From: Eledone cirrhosa
Lineage: Eukaryota
Direction: 5' to 3'
Length of the DNA: 64,000 nt
Assembly: GCA_964016885.1 (NCBI GenBank)
Contig: OZ024766.1
Location: forward strand, 3,658,001-3,722,000
The position numbers and the translations under genes are program-made. Under the pieces are notes generated by a model. The model had not been told where the DNA came from, searched no databases, and was given only the letters and a program-made list of their open reading frames with translations. Positions 31,926-47,999 of this stretch are shown here, in pieces. Position 1 is the first letter of the stretch; each line of letters opens with the position of its first letter.

Positions 31926-32740
31926 TTAGTGTGGTGTGAAGTGTGAAGTGTAGTGTAGTGTGGTGTGAAGTGTTAAGTGTAGTGTGGTGTGGTGTGTAGT
32001 GTAGTGAGGTGTGGTGTGTAGTGTAGTGAGGTGTGAAGTGTGTAGTATAGTGTGGTGTGAAGTGGTGTAGTGTAGTTTAGTGTGAAGTGTGGTGTGGTGT
32101 AGTGTAGTGTAGTGTGGTGTGGTGGTGTAGTGTGTAGTGGTATGTGGTGTGGTGTAGTGTAGTGTAGTGGTGTGTGTATATATATATATATGCTGGTGTA
32201 TGTGTATATGTGTGTACAGAAATATTTGTATGTGTATGGAGAGGTGTACAGTGTAGCTATGTCTTACCTTGAATGTATATATATGTGCGTAGAAAGATAT
32301 TTGTCTGTGTAGAGAGGTATTTGTCTGTGTTGAGTGATATTTATATGTGTAAAACACATATTTATCTGTGTAGAGAGATATTTGTCTGTGTAGAGAGATA
32401 TTTATCTGTGTTTAGTGATATTTATGTGTAAAACACAGATATTTATCTGCGTAGAGAGAGGTGTTTGTCTGCGTAGAGAGAGGTGTTTGTCTGTGTAGAG
32501 AGATATTTGTCTGTGTAGAGAGATATTTGTCTGTGTAGAGTGATATTTATATGTGTAAAACAGATATTTATCTGCGTAGAGAGGTATTTGTCTGTGTAGA
32601 GAGGTGTTTGTCTGTGTAGAGAGGAGATGTACAGTGGCTATGTCTTACCTTCAATATATATATATATATGTGTGTGTGTAGAGAGAGATATTTGTATGTG
32701 TGTATATGTAGAGAGGAGATGTACAGTGGCTATGTCTTAC

Positions 32741-32863
32741 CTTGCCTGAAACAATCTTTTCATATATCTGTATTGGTTGATCAGCAAAGAATGGAGGATA
32801 GCCCGCTGCCATTTCATAGACTAACACACCGAGGGCCCACCAATCCACTGCTTTGTTGTAACC
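32741..32863 (-). CDS. PKA-C: PKA catalytic subunit exon
   Basis: [41 protein letters not shown]; aacag|GGT ... AAG|gtaaga; 123 nt. Confidence 0.97.
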
Positions 32864-32984
32864 CTGTTAACGAGACAGACATATGGTGATGGTGATGTTG
32901 ATGGTCGGATCGTAGGAGTAGGGAAAGGGCTGATACAACTCGGCATGTGTCATCGCTATATACACCTCTTCACCCACTTATTCC

Positions 32985-33760
32985 CGTCAGAGTCCTCAAA
33001 CACTCTTTCCTGCAGCTCCCTACAGAGTCCTCAAACACTCTTTCCTGCAGCTCCCTACAGAGTCCTCAAACACTCTTTCCTGCAGCTCCCTACAGAGTCC
33101 TCAAACACTCTTTCCTGCAGCTCCCTACAGAGTCCTCAAACACTCTTTCCTGCAGCTCCCTACAGAGTCCTCAAACACTCTTTCCTGCAGCTCCCTACAG
33201 AGTCCTCAAACACTCTTTCCTGCAGCTCCCTACAGAGTCCTCAAACACTCTTTCCAGCAGCTCCCTACAGAGTCCTCAAACACTCTTTCCTGCAGCTCCC
33301 TACAGAGTCCTCAAACACTCTTTCCTGCAGCTCCCTACAGAGTCCTCAAACACTCTTTCCTGCAGCTCCCGTCCGAAGCAACAGGTCTCCAACTGATCCA
33401 GCTGGATCCTCAAGTGTGACCAGTCGATCTCATGGATGTTATACAACCATTTTGCTCAGGATCTACCCCTGGGTCTCCTGCCAGTTGGATTTTGCCCTCA
33501 TCCTCACAAGCAGGCAGAGAAGTTCAAGTACCTCGGACATTGTTCACAATAGAAGGCAGGAGGCTGAATTAAATGTCAGCTTTAGGATTTGGTCATGGAT
33601 GTTATACAACCATTTTGCTCAGGATCTACCCTTGGGTCTCCTGCCAGTTGGATTTTGCCCTCATCCTCACAAGCAGGCAGAGAAGTTCAAGTACCTCGGA
33701 CATTGTTCACAATAGAAGGCAGGAGGCTGAATTAAATGTCAGCTTTAGGATTTGGTCATC
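32985..33760. repeat. 35-bp minisatellite plus duplicated degenerate RTE-like fragment
   Basis: About 11 x AGAGTCCTCAAACACTCTTTCCTGCAGCTCCCTAC, then a ~165-bp direct duplication. The minus strand reads TGRRPRGR; a related inverted piece lies at ~50545-50655. Confidence 0.75.
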
Positions 33761-33909
33761 AGAAGGTGTAAAAATCCAAACTTGCCATCTTCACTTCAGC
33801 AGGTCTTTCAAGTAATGTTATTAAATAGAGAAAGTACCAGTAATGTACTGGGTGGGTTATTGCTGGCCTTGTGCCAAAAGTAGAAACAGTTATTAAATAG
33901 AGAGTGTAG

Positions 33910-34490
33910 GGTGACAACCAGTAATAAGCTTCACATAACAGATGTCGTCTCTATGACAACCAGTAATAAACTTCACATAACAGATGTCTCTATGACGACC
34001 AATAATAAACTTCACATAACAGATGGCGTCTCTACGACAACCAGCTACAAACTTCACATAACAGATGTCGTCTCTATGACAACCAGCTACAAACTTCACA
34101 TAACAGATGTCGTCTCTATGGCAACCAGTAATAAACTTTATATAACAGATGTCGTCTATGACAACCAGTAATAAGCTTCACATAACAGATGTCGTCTCTA
34201 CGACAACCAGTAATAAGCTTCACATAACAGATGTCGTCTCTATGACAACCAGCTACAAACTTCACATAACAGATGTCGTCTCTATGACAACCAGTAATAA
34301 ACTTCACATAACAGATGTCGTCTCTATGACAACCAGTAATAAACTTCACATAACAGATGTCATCTCTATGACAACCAGCTACAAACTTCACATAACAGAT
34401 GTCGTATCTATGACAATCAGTAATAAGCTTCACATAACAGATAGCGTCTCTACGACAACCAGCCATAAGCTTCACATAACAGATGTTATG
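33910..34490. repeat. 42-bp minisatellite
   Basis: About 14 x CTTCACATAACAGATGTCGTCTCTATGACAACCAGTAATAAA. Confidence 0.92.
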
Positions 34491-34574
34491 TTTCTTTGAC
34501 CCCTGTTCTGTGTCCTACAGACAATATTACTGAATCAAGTTAGTACTTGTATTGAGTACTTTCACCATAACATC

Positions 34575-36445
<1,871 letters not shown>

Positions 36446-36562
36446 CTAGCAACAGTGGTAGGGGGTAAGGTGAAGGATAAAGAAAGAAACAAAACAGGAT
36501 CAAGTTAGAATTGAATTTGAAACGTTGAGAGATGGTTCGGGAGAGGGGAACACACAGACTCA

Positions 36563-36608
<46 letters not shown>

Positions 36609-36611
36609 TGT

Positions 36612-36643
<32 letters not shown>

Positions 36644-36734
36644 CTGTGTGTCTGTGTGTGTGTATATGTGTACAGGGTGTTTGAAAAGAATTAAACATCA
36701 AATGAGATGTAAATGTCCCAGAAACTACAGTCTA

Positions 36735-38096
36735 ACACTTAAAATTACTCTATATATACTATTGTATTGTCACAGTAAAGGCTTTACCTCACATAACATT
36801 TACATTACTCTATATATACTATTGTATTGTCACAGTAAAGGCTTTACCTCACATAATATCTCACATAACATTTACATTACTCTATATATACTATTGTATT
36901 TTCACAGTAAAGGCTTTACCTCACATAATATCTCCCATAACATTACATTACTCTATATATACTATTGTATTTTCACAGTAAAGGCTTTACCTCACATAAT
37001 ATCTCCCATAACATTACATTACTCTATATATACTATTGTATTATCACAGTAAAGGCTTTACCTCACATAATATCTCCCATAACATTTACATTACTCTATA
37101 TATACTATTGTATTTTCACAGTAAAGGCTTTACCTCACATAACATTTACATTACTCTATATATATACTATTGTATTGTCACAGTAAAGGCTTTACCTCAC
37201 ATAATATCTCACATAACATTTACATTACTCTATATATACTATTGTATTTTCACAGTAAAGGCTTTACCTCACATAATATCTCCCATAACATTACATTACT
37301 CTATATATACTATTGTATTATCACAGTAAAGGCTTTACCTCACATAATATCTCCCATAACATTACATTACTCTATATATACTATTGTATTTTCACAGTAA
37401 AGGCTTTACCTCACATAATATCTCCCATAACATTACATTACTCTATATATACTATTGTATTATCACAGTAAAGGCTTTACCTCACATAATATCTCCCATA
37501 ACATTACATTACTCTATATATACTATTGTATTATCACAGTAAAGGCTTTACCTCACATAATATCTCACATAACATTTACATTACTCTATATATACTATTG
37601 TATTTTCACAGTACAGGCTTTACCTCACATAATACCTCACATAACATTTACATTACTCTATATATACTATTGTATTTTCACAGTAAAGGCTTTACCTCAC
37701 ATAATACCTCACATAACATTACATTACTCTATATATACTATTGTATTTTCACAGTAAAGGCTTTACCTCACATAACATTTACATTACTCTATATATACTA
37801 TTGTATTTTCACAGTAAAGGCTTTACCTCACATAATACCTCACATAACATTTACATTACTCTATATATACTATTGTATTTTCACAGTAAAGGCTTTACCT
37901 CACATAATATTTACTTTACTCTATATATACTATTGTAAAGGCTTTACCTCACATAACATTGAATCTATGAGATTTTGATATTATATAATTCAAGAACAAT
38001 ACCTTAACATCAGAACAAGTAGCCGGTTATGGCCAGTTTGAACAGAAAGAAGGGAGAGAATTCTAGACGGATATGGCCGGTTTAAATGCTGAAGGG
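36735..38096 (+). mobile_element. piggyBac-like MITE with 72-bp tandem array (left end degenerate)
   Basis: Same array and right end TAAATGCTGAAGGG|ttaa as 39476-41512. Confidence 0.75.
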
Positions 38097-38289
38097 TTAA
38101 ACATCTGTGTGTGTGTCTTAGCTTAAATATATTCATGCAAGCAGTATATCAAAGTACATGTTATGTTGAAGAGCTTGAATATATGTTTTTAAAATCTCAC
38201 GCATGTTTACAGCTTAACTACAGTCTTGTTTAGATTTATTATAGACTTAGGCACATTTTTCAAATGCAGGTAGGATATCTAGAGGTGCT

Positions 38290-38880
38290 TTATAGCTTCC
38301 GGTACCTAGGTGATAAAATTAGCAAGGGAGAGGGAATAATGACCGGTTGGAAGAAGTTTAGGGAGCTGATTCCACCGTTGACAAAGAAGGGTTTCTCCCT
38401 ATGAATGAAAGGCTGGTTATATGATGCCTGTGTGAGATACGCGATGCTGCATGGTAGTGAGACATGGGCAGCAACTGCAGAGGATATGCGACGGCTGGAG
38501 AGAAATGAAGCAAGCATCCTCCGTTGGATGTGCAATGTTAATGTGCGTGAACGATCAAGCATGGACGAGTTGAGAGAGGAACTGTGTATAAGAGGAATAA
38601 GTTGTAGTGTGTGGGAGAGAAGACTGCATTGGTATGGACATGTGATGCGCATGGGGGATGACCGCTGGGTAAAGAAGTGCCAGGAAATCCAAGTCGAAGG
38701 AAGACGCAGTCGAGGAAGACCATGAAAAACATGGGCGGGGTTGGTGAGAGCAGACCTCAAATCGCTGAAGCTCACCGAGATGACGAAGGACCGTGACAAG
38801 TGGAGAGATGCTGTGCGGTATAGGACCCATCCCACCCTTGCAAGCAGGGAAAAGCGGACGTAAAATGATGATGGTGATAA
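38290..38880 (+). mobile_element. RTE-clade LINE 3' fragment (inactive)
   Basis: LYDACVRYAMLHGSETW...ILRWMCNV...RRLHWYGHVMRM...RGRP*KTW; in-frame stops; same 3' tail as 30085-30130. Confidence 0.92.
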
Positions 38881-39011
38881 ATGCTAATGGTTTAATGTTG
38901 AGCAACAGGAGATTTATTCCTCAACATTGGTCAACCATACAACACTAATTCAACATTACAGCACTAATATATAGGGGTAGCCTCTGGGATATTTACATTT
39001 GAAACACCATG

Positions 39012-39076
<65 letters not shown>

Positions 39077-39095
39077 ATATATATGAATATATATG

Positions 39096-39190
<95 letters not shown>

Positions 39191-39475
39191 GTGTATATGT
39201 ATATATATATGTGTATATATATATATATGTATGTATATATATATAAGTAGGTATATATGTATATACATGTGGTGGTTAAATGATGGTAATGATGATGACA
39301 TATATACTTACGCATATAATTTCAAAAATATAAAACATACATAAATATATCTAAACACATATATATACATACATAAATTAAATGCATATAAAAACATACA
39401 ATATATTAAAAATATATTCACCAATATTACTATATAATATATATATATAAATATCAAAGCTAATTTTAGGTTTAA

Positions 39476-41512
39476 CCCTTTAGCATTTACATTACTCTAT
39501 ATATACTATTGTATTTTCACAGTAAAGGCTTTACCTCACATAAAATCTCTCATAATATTTACATTACTCTATATATACTATTGTATTTTCACAGTAAAGG
39601 CTTTACCTCACATAATATCTCTCATAATATTTACATTACTCTATATATACTATTGTATTTTCACAGTAAAAGCTTTACCTCACATAACATTTACATTACT
39701 CTATATATACTATTGTATTGTCACAGTAAAGGCTTTACCTCACATAATATCTCACAACATTTACATTACTCTATATATACTATTGTATTTTCACAGTAAA
39801 GGCTTTACCTCACATAATATCTCACATAATATTTACATTACTCTATATATACTATTGTATTTTCACAGTAAAGGCTTTACCTCACATAATATCTTACATA
39901 ACATTTACATTACTCTATATATACTATTGTATTGTCACAGTAAAGGCTTTACCTCACATAATATCTCACATAACATTTACATTACTCTATATATACTATT
40001 GTATTGTCACAGTAAAGGCTTTACCTCACATAATATCTCACATAACATTTACATTACTCTATATATACTATTGTATTGTCACAGTAAAGGCTTTACCTCA
40101 CATATCTCACATAACATTTACATTACTCTATATATACTATTGTATTGTCACAGTAAAGGCTTTACCTCACATAATATCTCACATAACATTTACATTACTC
40201 TATATATACTATTGTATTGTCACAGTAAAGGCTTTACCTCACATATCTCACATAACATTTACATTACTCTATATATACTATTGTATTGTCACAGTAAAGG
40301 CTTTACCTCACATAACATTTACATTACTCTACATTTACTATTGTATGTTCACAGTAAAGGCTTTACCTCACATAATACCTCACATAACATTTACATTACT
40401 CTATATATACTATTGTATTTTCACAGTAAAGGCTTTACCTCACATAATATCTCACATAACATTTACATTACTCTATATATACTATTGTATTGTCACAGTA
40501 AAGGCTTTACCTCACATAATACCTCACATAACATTTACATTACTCTATATATACTATTGTATTGTCACAGTAAAGGCTTTACCTCACATAATATCTCACA
40601 TAACATTTACATTACTCTATATATACTATTGTATTGTCACAGTAAAGGCTTTACCTCACATAATACCTCACATAACATTTACATTACTCTATATATACTA
40701 TTGTATTGTCACAGTAAAGGCTTTACCCCACATAATATCTCACATAACATTTACATTACTCTATATATTCTATTGTATTGTCACAGTAAAGACTTTACCT
40801 CACATAATATCTCACATAACATTTACATTACTCTATATATACTATTGTATTTTCACAGTAAAGGCTTTACCTCACATAATATCTCACATAACATTTACAT
40901 TACTCTATATATACTATTGTATTTTCACAGTAAAGGCTTTACCTCACATAATATCTCACATAACATTTACATTACTCTATATATACTATTGTATTTTCAC
41001 AGTAAAGGCTTTACCTCACATAATATCTTACATAACATTTACATTACTCTATATATACTATTGTATTGTCACAGTAAAGGCTTTACCTCACATAATATCT
41101 CACATAACATTTACATTACTCTATATATACTATTGTATTGTCACAGTAAAGGCTTTACCTCACATAATATCTCACATAACATTTACATTACTCTATATAT
41201 ACTATTGTATTGTCACAGTAAAGGCTTTACCTCACATAATACCTCACATAACATTTACATTACTCTATATATACTATTGTATTGTCACAGTAAAGGCTTT
41301 ACCTCACATAATATCTCACATAACATTTACATTACTCTATATATACTATTGTATTGTCACAGTAAAGGCTTTACCTCACATAACATTGAATCTATGAGAT
41401 TTTGATATTTATTCTGAGAACAATACATAAATAAAAACAGCCAGTTACAGCCGGTTTGAATAGAAAGAGGCGAGAACCTAAACCGGATACAGCCGGTTTA
41501 AATGCTAAAGGG
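39476..41512 (+). mobile_element. piggyBac-like MITE with expanded 72-bp tandem array
   Basis: ttaa|CCCTTTAGCATTTA ... TAAATGCTAAAGGG|ttaa: perfect 14-bp TIR and TTAA duplication. About 27 units, which explain the HNISHNIYITLY... ORFs. Confidence 0.88.
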
Positions 41513-41861
41513 TTAACCAGTACATATAAAATATCTATCAACAATGTCTCTTAGTATAAAACGCCATAGACTTCAGTCCAGGCACCAATTATATATGTTT
41601 AAATGAAATATATATATATATATATATAGAACAAATAATATCTAAATAAATATACATACTTTATGGTGGTATAAAGGCCTACAATACTAGCTGTGTGTAT
41701 ATATATATATATTACTGTTGTAACTAATTATACTTAACTCGTTCTATGGATTGAATGCTATTACCCTAGGATATTTTTACCAAACTTTTACTATAGTATA
41801 TAATTATATATATATATATATATAGTTAAAAGAATAGAGGTGTAACACACAAGTTATTATA

Positions 41862-42176
41862 TATTGGTAAACGGAATAGAAAATGCTGACAAATTGTTCA
41901 CAGTTGAAAAATGGTTTAATTAGGAATAAAAGAGTATTAGTGATTGTATGGGTTAGTATTCAGTTGTGGTTTTAAGTTTTTAAGTTTTTACCGGTTGCGC
42001 ATTTCTAAATGCTTTTCAAAAATAATTTTGAGATAGAGTGTCCGTGCTGTTTTCTCTGATCTAAAAACTTAAAACCACAACTGAATACTAACCCATACAA
42101 TCACTAATACTCTTTTATTCCTAATTAAACCATTTTTCAACTGTGAACAATTTGTCAGCATTTTCTATTCCGTTTA

Positions 42177-42212
<36 letters not shown>

Positions 42213-42515
42213 TTTGTTTTGCGAGATTTCTTATGTGAAAACTTGTGTTGAAACAGATATTGTTATACCTTGGGAGGGTCATGTTGCCAATAAAAACACA
42301 CGCTCCTGTTGGTTTTCACACAACACACAAAAACAAGATGGTTGAGGACAGAACAAAGGAGAAGGAGAGAGAGAGAATAAAAACCGTCACTGAGGGGGTC
42401 ACAGAGCATGTGAAGAAGGAGCTTTGACAATAGAAACAGCCACCCGGTTATCGAACCAACCAACCAAGTGTGTGTGTTTTTATTGGCAGCATGACCCTGC
42501 CAAAGTATAACAATA
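41862..42515. repeat. Two fold-back insertions in (TA)n
   Basis: ~41862-41985 inverse of ~42062-42181; ~42257-42301 inverse of ~42472-42516. Confidence 0.85.
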
Positions 42516-42924
42516 TATATATGTATATATATATATATGTATCTGAAAGAAAGCTTATATGCCTAGAAAATGGTGAACAGAATTTCAAAATTTAATTAGA
42601 TCTCACCTTAACTTTGACTAAATAAAATAATCTAATAATAACAGTCTGGACACATACTGAACATAAAATATATTAAACTTAAGCCAAAATCTCATGTTTT
42701 TTTTTTTATTGGCAGCTAAAATAAGTCAGTTTTGTACCATAGAGTAATCTCCCCTGAATAAATAATGCAGTGCCAAGGGTAATAACTCCTAAAATTTATT
42801 ATTCTGTTAAAAATTAAATAATACCCTGACAATGGTTTCTGGAACTCAAGAGATTTTGGCTTAAGTTTAAAATATTTCATTACTTCTCAGAGTAGATAAT
42901 TTATTAATAAATCCTTACATATAT

Positions 42925-43773
42925 ATGGTAACAAGGGTTAAACCATAGGGGACAGTGTCTTTTGTTAGAAATATGGTAACAAGGGTTAAACCATAGAGGA
43001 CAGTGTCTTTTGTTAGAAATATGGCAATAAAAGGGTTAAACCATAGGGGACAGTGTCTTTCGTTAGAAATATGGTAAAGGAAGGGTTAAACCATAGGGGA
43101 CAGTGTCTTTCATTAGAAATATGGTAATAGAAGGGTTAAACCATAGGGGACAGTGTCTTTCATTAGAAATATGGTAAAGGAAGGGTTAAACCATAGGGGA
43201 CAGTGTCTTTCATTAGAAATATGGTAAAGGAAGGGTTAAACCATAGGGGACAGTGTCTTTCATTAGAAATATGGTAATAGAAGGGTTAAACCATAGGGGA
43301 CAGTGTCTTTCATTAGAAATATGGTAATGGAAGGGTTAAACCATAGGGGACAGTGTCTTTCATTAGAAATATGGTAATAGAAGGGTTAAACCATAGGGGA
43401 CAGTGTCTTTCATTAGAAATATGGTAAAGGAAGGGTTAAACCATAGGGGACAGTGTCTTTCATTAGAAATATGGTAATGGAAGGGTTAAACCATAGGGGA
43501 CAGTGTCTTTCATTAGAAATATGGTAAAGGAAGGGTTAAACCATAGGGGACAGTGTCTTTCATTAGAAATATGGTAAAGGAAGGGTTAAACCATAGGGGA
43601 CAGTGTCTTTCATTAGAAATATGGTAAAGGAAGGGTTACACCATAGGGTACAGTGTCTTTCATTAGAAATATGGTAATGGAAGGGTTACACCATAGGGAA
43701 CAGTGTCTTTCATTAGAAATATGGTAAAGGAAGGGTTACACCATAGGGGACAGTGTCTTTCATTAGAAATATG
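42925..43773. repeat. 50-bp minisatellite containing a GGG-TTAA transposon-end-like motif
   Basis: About 17 x AAGGGTTAAACCATAGGGGACAGTGTCTTTCATTAGAAATATGGTAA..; GAAATATGGTAACAA(A)G(A)GGTTAA is also found inverted at ~47801-47826. Confidence 0.85.
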
Positions 43774-43980
43774 TAATGATACAGATCGAACCTTGAGCTG
43801 ATCAGTGGTGAAACGCATGTCACCAACCAATAAACGTAATGGAGGAGTAACCAGTCGTCCTTGTTTCTATCTTATTTAACTATAATACTCTGTCTAGCTC
43901 TACACCTCGACACTGAAGTGAACCTAAACATCGAGTGCTCACCCGGGTGAACCTACAGTAACTCCAAGTTACACTGCCTA

Positions 43981-44063
<83 letters not shown>

Positions 44064-44524
44064 ATACATACATACATATATATATGTATATCTGCATGTA
44101 GTTGATGGCTGCTGATAATATAAATATAATTGTTTCTACGTTAGGCACAAGGCCAGCAACTACCCCAGTGCATTACTGGTACTTTATTTTATCGACCCCG
44201 TAAGGATGAAAGGCAAAGTTAACCTCGGCGGGATTTGAACTCAGAATGGCAAGGGCCGTAACTCTATGCGTCAAAGCATGGCGTCCGACCCTCTACCTAT
44301 ACTGCCAATCCACCCTTATAATATATATATATATAATATATATATACATATAATATATATATACATATAATATATATATACATATAATATATATATATAT
44401 ATACATATAATATAATATATATAAACAGAAAAAATGAAACGAAATTTCATTACGTCTGTATACATATATGTATGTATGTATGTATGTATACATACTTATA
44501 ATATATATATATATATATATATAC

Positions 44525-44610
<86 letters not shown>

Positions 44611-44706
44611 GTACATATATATATATATATATATACACATATGTACATATATATATATATATATATATATTCACATATGTACATATATATATATACATAT
44701 ATATAT

Positions 44707-45579
44707 ATTTATTAAAATAACAGATTAAAGTTTAAGCAAAGAATCGCTGCTTTTTGGCTCCTTCGGTTGAGCACTCTACTGACTTATATTCATCATGCAG
44801 AAACAACATCTGAATATTTCTACAAAGAACATACCCGTACCAAGCAGGAAAACATACCTAAAACTCCTGATACAGAAAACAGACGCGTTCATTAAAAGGT
44901 TGCGTTGGCGTGCCTTTTATTTCGATAATCCGCGAAAAGCAGACAACAAACAGGACAAATTTGGATTTAAAACCTATAATAACCCTCCGTGGAACCCAGC
45001 ATTGCTACCCTTCGAAAATGATGTCTTGGAACTCATTCGGAGTATCAAATTTCGGAATAGGAGCAATTCCTTCCAGCAAGACCTGAAGAATAGAATTCGT
45101 TCTATTAAGGATTCTAACGCCGTGCACGTCCATTCCGACAAAACTGGCAACCTATATCAAGTGGAGCTCAGTACTTACCATCAACTACTACATAATGCTG
45201 TAACTAAGGATTACCGTAAAACTAATCGACCATAAACGTGGTTCTGTCTTTGCGCGTAATTGTTTTTCACCGCTCCTATTAATGACGTATTATTCGTTTT
45301 TTTCCCCGTTCTTTGCCAGCGAACGTCACCACGAACCAAAGTATCGTCTTCCTGTCTTCCTCCGGTTGCAACGTTTTTTGAAATATCCACTTCTGCGTTT
45401 ACAGATTGACTTTGTTAGTTTCAGAAGATCCCGTTAAGGGTGAAAGCAGCGATTCTTTGCTTAAACTTTAATCTGTTATTTTAATAAATATTTGCTCTTC
45501 GGTTCTTATATATTTCATATATATTTTCCTTATCGAGCCCTCTTTGGATTTTAGTCTTCAATTTTATTATTATTACTAT

Positions 45580-45580
<1 letters not shown>
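44707..45580 (+). mobile_element. Internally deleted Penelope-like retroelement (ORF N-terminus, pLTR, inverted pLTR stub)
   Basis: ORF 44795-45235 (KNIPVPS...FIKRLRWRAFYF...FGFK...FENDV...SDKTGNLY) resembles the PLE pre-RT region with the DKG/DKT motif. Flanked by inverted terminal repeats and embedded in (TA)n. Confidence 0.75.
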
Positions 45581-45616
<36 letters not shown>

Positions 45617-45651
45617 TACACACACACATATATATATATATATACATATAT

Positions 45652-45700
<49 letters not shown>

Positions 45701-46040
45701 TACACTCGCTGTGAATCTAAAGAAACATTGTCAACAGTATAATTAAACAAAGAAATATTACATGAAACAAACAAAAGAAAAATAATATATATATATATAT
45801 ATATCACTAAGTTTTAAGGTGGGAGAGGACGGTGCAGTGGAAGAAGGATTAGACAGGGCTGGACAATCACTGTCAATAAACAAAGCATACAACAACAACA
45901 ACAACAACAACAATAATTGGCAATCAACATGGACATCATTAGCATCAGCATGGCCATTAAGAAATTAGGGTGGCGGCTGCGTTGGGGGGGGGGGGGGGAA
46001 GAAAGGGGAGACAAATCCGGGGACGGCGGAGATCGATTGC

Positions 46041-46072
<32 letters not shown>

Positions 46073-46469
46073 AAAAAAAGATGTTTAAAGCTAATCAAGG
46101 AATTAAATGATTCAATCAATTTAAGCAGCAGGATTGATGATGGCGGCGGTGGTGGTGGTGGTGGCGGGGAGGTGGTGGATGATGACATCATACAAGGGTA
46201 GAAATGGGGGGAGGGGGGGGTTAATTATGTAGCAGAGTTAAGTTTACTAACGAAGGAGAAAAGGGGGGGGGGGTATGTTGTTTTGAGGAGAGAGAGAGAG
46301 AGAGAGAGGGAAAGGGGGGGGGGGAGCCCAGACACCTGTTAATTTACTAACGAGGCAAATCATTTTGACAATAGAATACAGGTGCTTCACTAACGAGAAA
46401 CAGCTTGATGAATGACAGTAATTCACTAATGAAACACATGTTATAATGAGACACACTCATTCCTTAATG

Positions 46470-47310
46470 AGACACACTGATACCTTAACGAGACAGGTGG
46501 TTTAGTAACGAAGCACACTAATTTCTTAACAAGACAGGTGTTTCAGTAACGGGACACACTGACACCTTAACGAGACAGGTGTTTTAATAATGAGAGACAC
46601 TGACACCTTAACGAGACAGCTGTTTTAATAATGAGAGACACTGACACCTTAACGAGACAGGTGTTTCAGTAACGAGACACATTGACACCTTAACGAGACA
46701 GTTGTTTTAATAATGAGAGACACTGACACCTTAACGAGACAGCTGTTTTAATAATGAGAGACACTGACACCTTAACGAGACAGGTGTTTCAGTAACGGGA
46801 CACACCGACACCTTAACAAGACAGGTGTTTCAGTAACGGGACACACTGACACCTTAACGAGACAGGTGTTTTAATAATGAGAGACACTGACACCTTAACG
46901 AGACAGGTGTTTCAGTAACGAGACACATTGACACCTTAACGAGACAGTTGTTTTAATAATGAGAGACACTGACACCTTAACGAGACAGCTGTTTTAATAA
47001 TGAGAGACACTGACACCTTAACGAGACAGGTGTTTCAGTAACGGGACACACCGACACCTTAACGAGACAGGTGTTTTAATAATGAGAGACACTGACACCT
47101 TAACGAGACAGGTGTTTTAATAATGAGAGACACTGACACCTTAACGAGACAGGTGTTTCAGTAACGGGACACACCGACACCTTAACGAGACAGGTGTTTT
47201 AATAATGAGAGACACTGACACCTTAACGAGACAGCTGTTTTAGTAACGAGACACATTGACACCTTAACGAGACAGGTGGTTTAGTAACGAGACACATTGA
47301 TCCCTTAATG
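46470..47310. repeat. 41-bp minisatellite
   Basis: GACACCTTAACGAGACAGGTGTTTTAATAATGAGAGACACT units, fading into degenerate TAACGAGAC repeats on both sides. Confidence 0.9.
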
Positions 47311-47999
47311 AGTGACAAGTGGTTTCGTAACTAGAGAGACAACTAGATAGGTAACGAGACAATTAATTGAGACATTGCTAGATTGTTAACGAGACAATTA
47401 TTTCATGAGACACATCACATCCAAGTCACTAACGAGACAAAGATAGCTTAGTAATGAGAGACATTTAAATTAATAATGAAACAGTGATTCACTAATGAGG
47501 GACAGTTAATTTAGTAACATGACAGCTAATTTTCTAATGAGACAGTGACTCACTAACGACGGAGAGTTAATTTAGTAATGAGACACCGTGATTCATTAAC
47601 GAGGGACAGTTAGTTAACTAACGAGATGCAGCTAATCTATTAATTAAACAGAGTTAGTTTGCTAGTTAGTTAACAAACGAGATATAGCTTATTTATTAAT
47701 GGGATGCAACCAATTTGTTAATTACAAGACACATAATTAAAAATACAAGATTCATTCGCTCCCTGGTGGCAAAGACCATACTGGAGCAACACGTTACTAA
47801 TTTAACCTCTTTGTTACCATATTTCTTATGAAATAAATTAATGAAGAATATTTTTAGGGATTTACTAAAATGATCAATGATTTTATTAATGATATATGAG
47901 TTGTGAGAATGAATAGGGTGTAGTCTGTGCTGCTAGACAAGGAAGACTGCTCTGGTGCAGACATGTAGTGAATGTGTTGTTGTGGTTGTTGTGGTTGTT

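Noticed and set aside
39783-41405. 540-aa repetitive ORF
   Set aside because: Product of the 72-bp MITE array (24-aa period); no coding signature.
45814-46400. Poly-Q/poly-G ORFs and homeobox-like sites in a GC-rich island
   Set aside because: Explained by trinucleotide repeats; no splice or homology support. An enhancer role cannot be judged from sequence alone.
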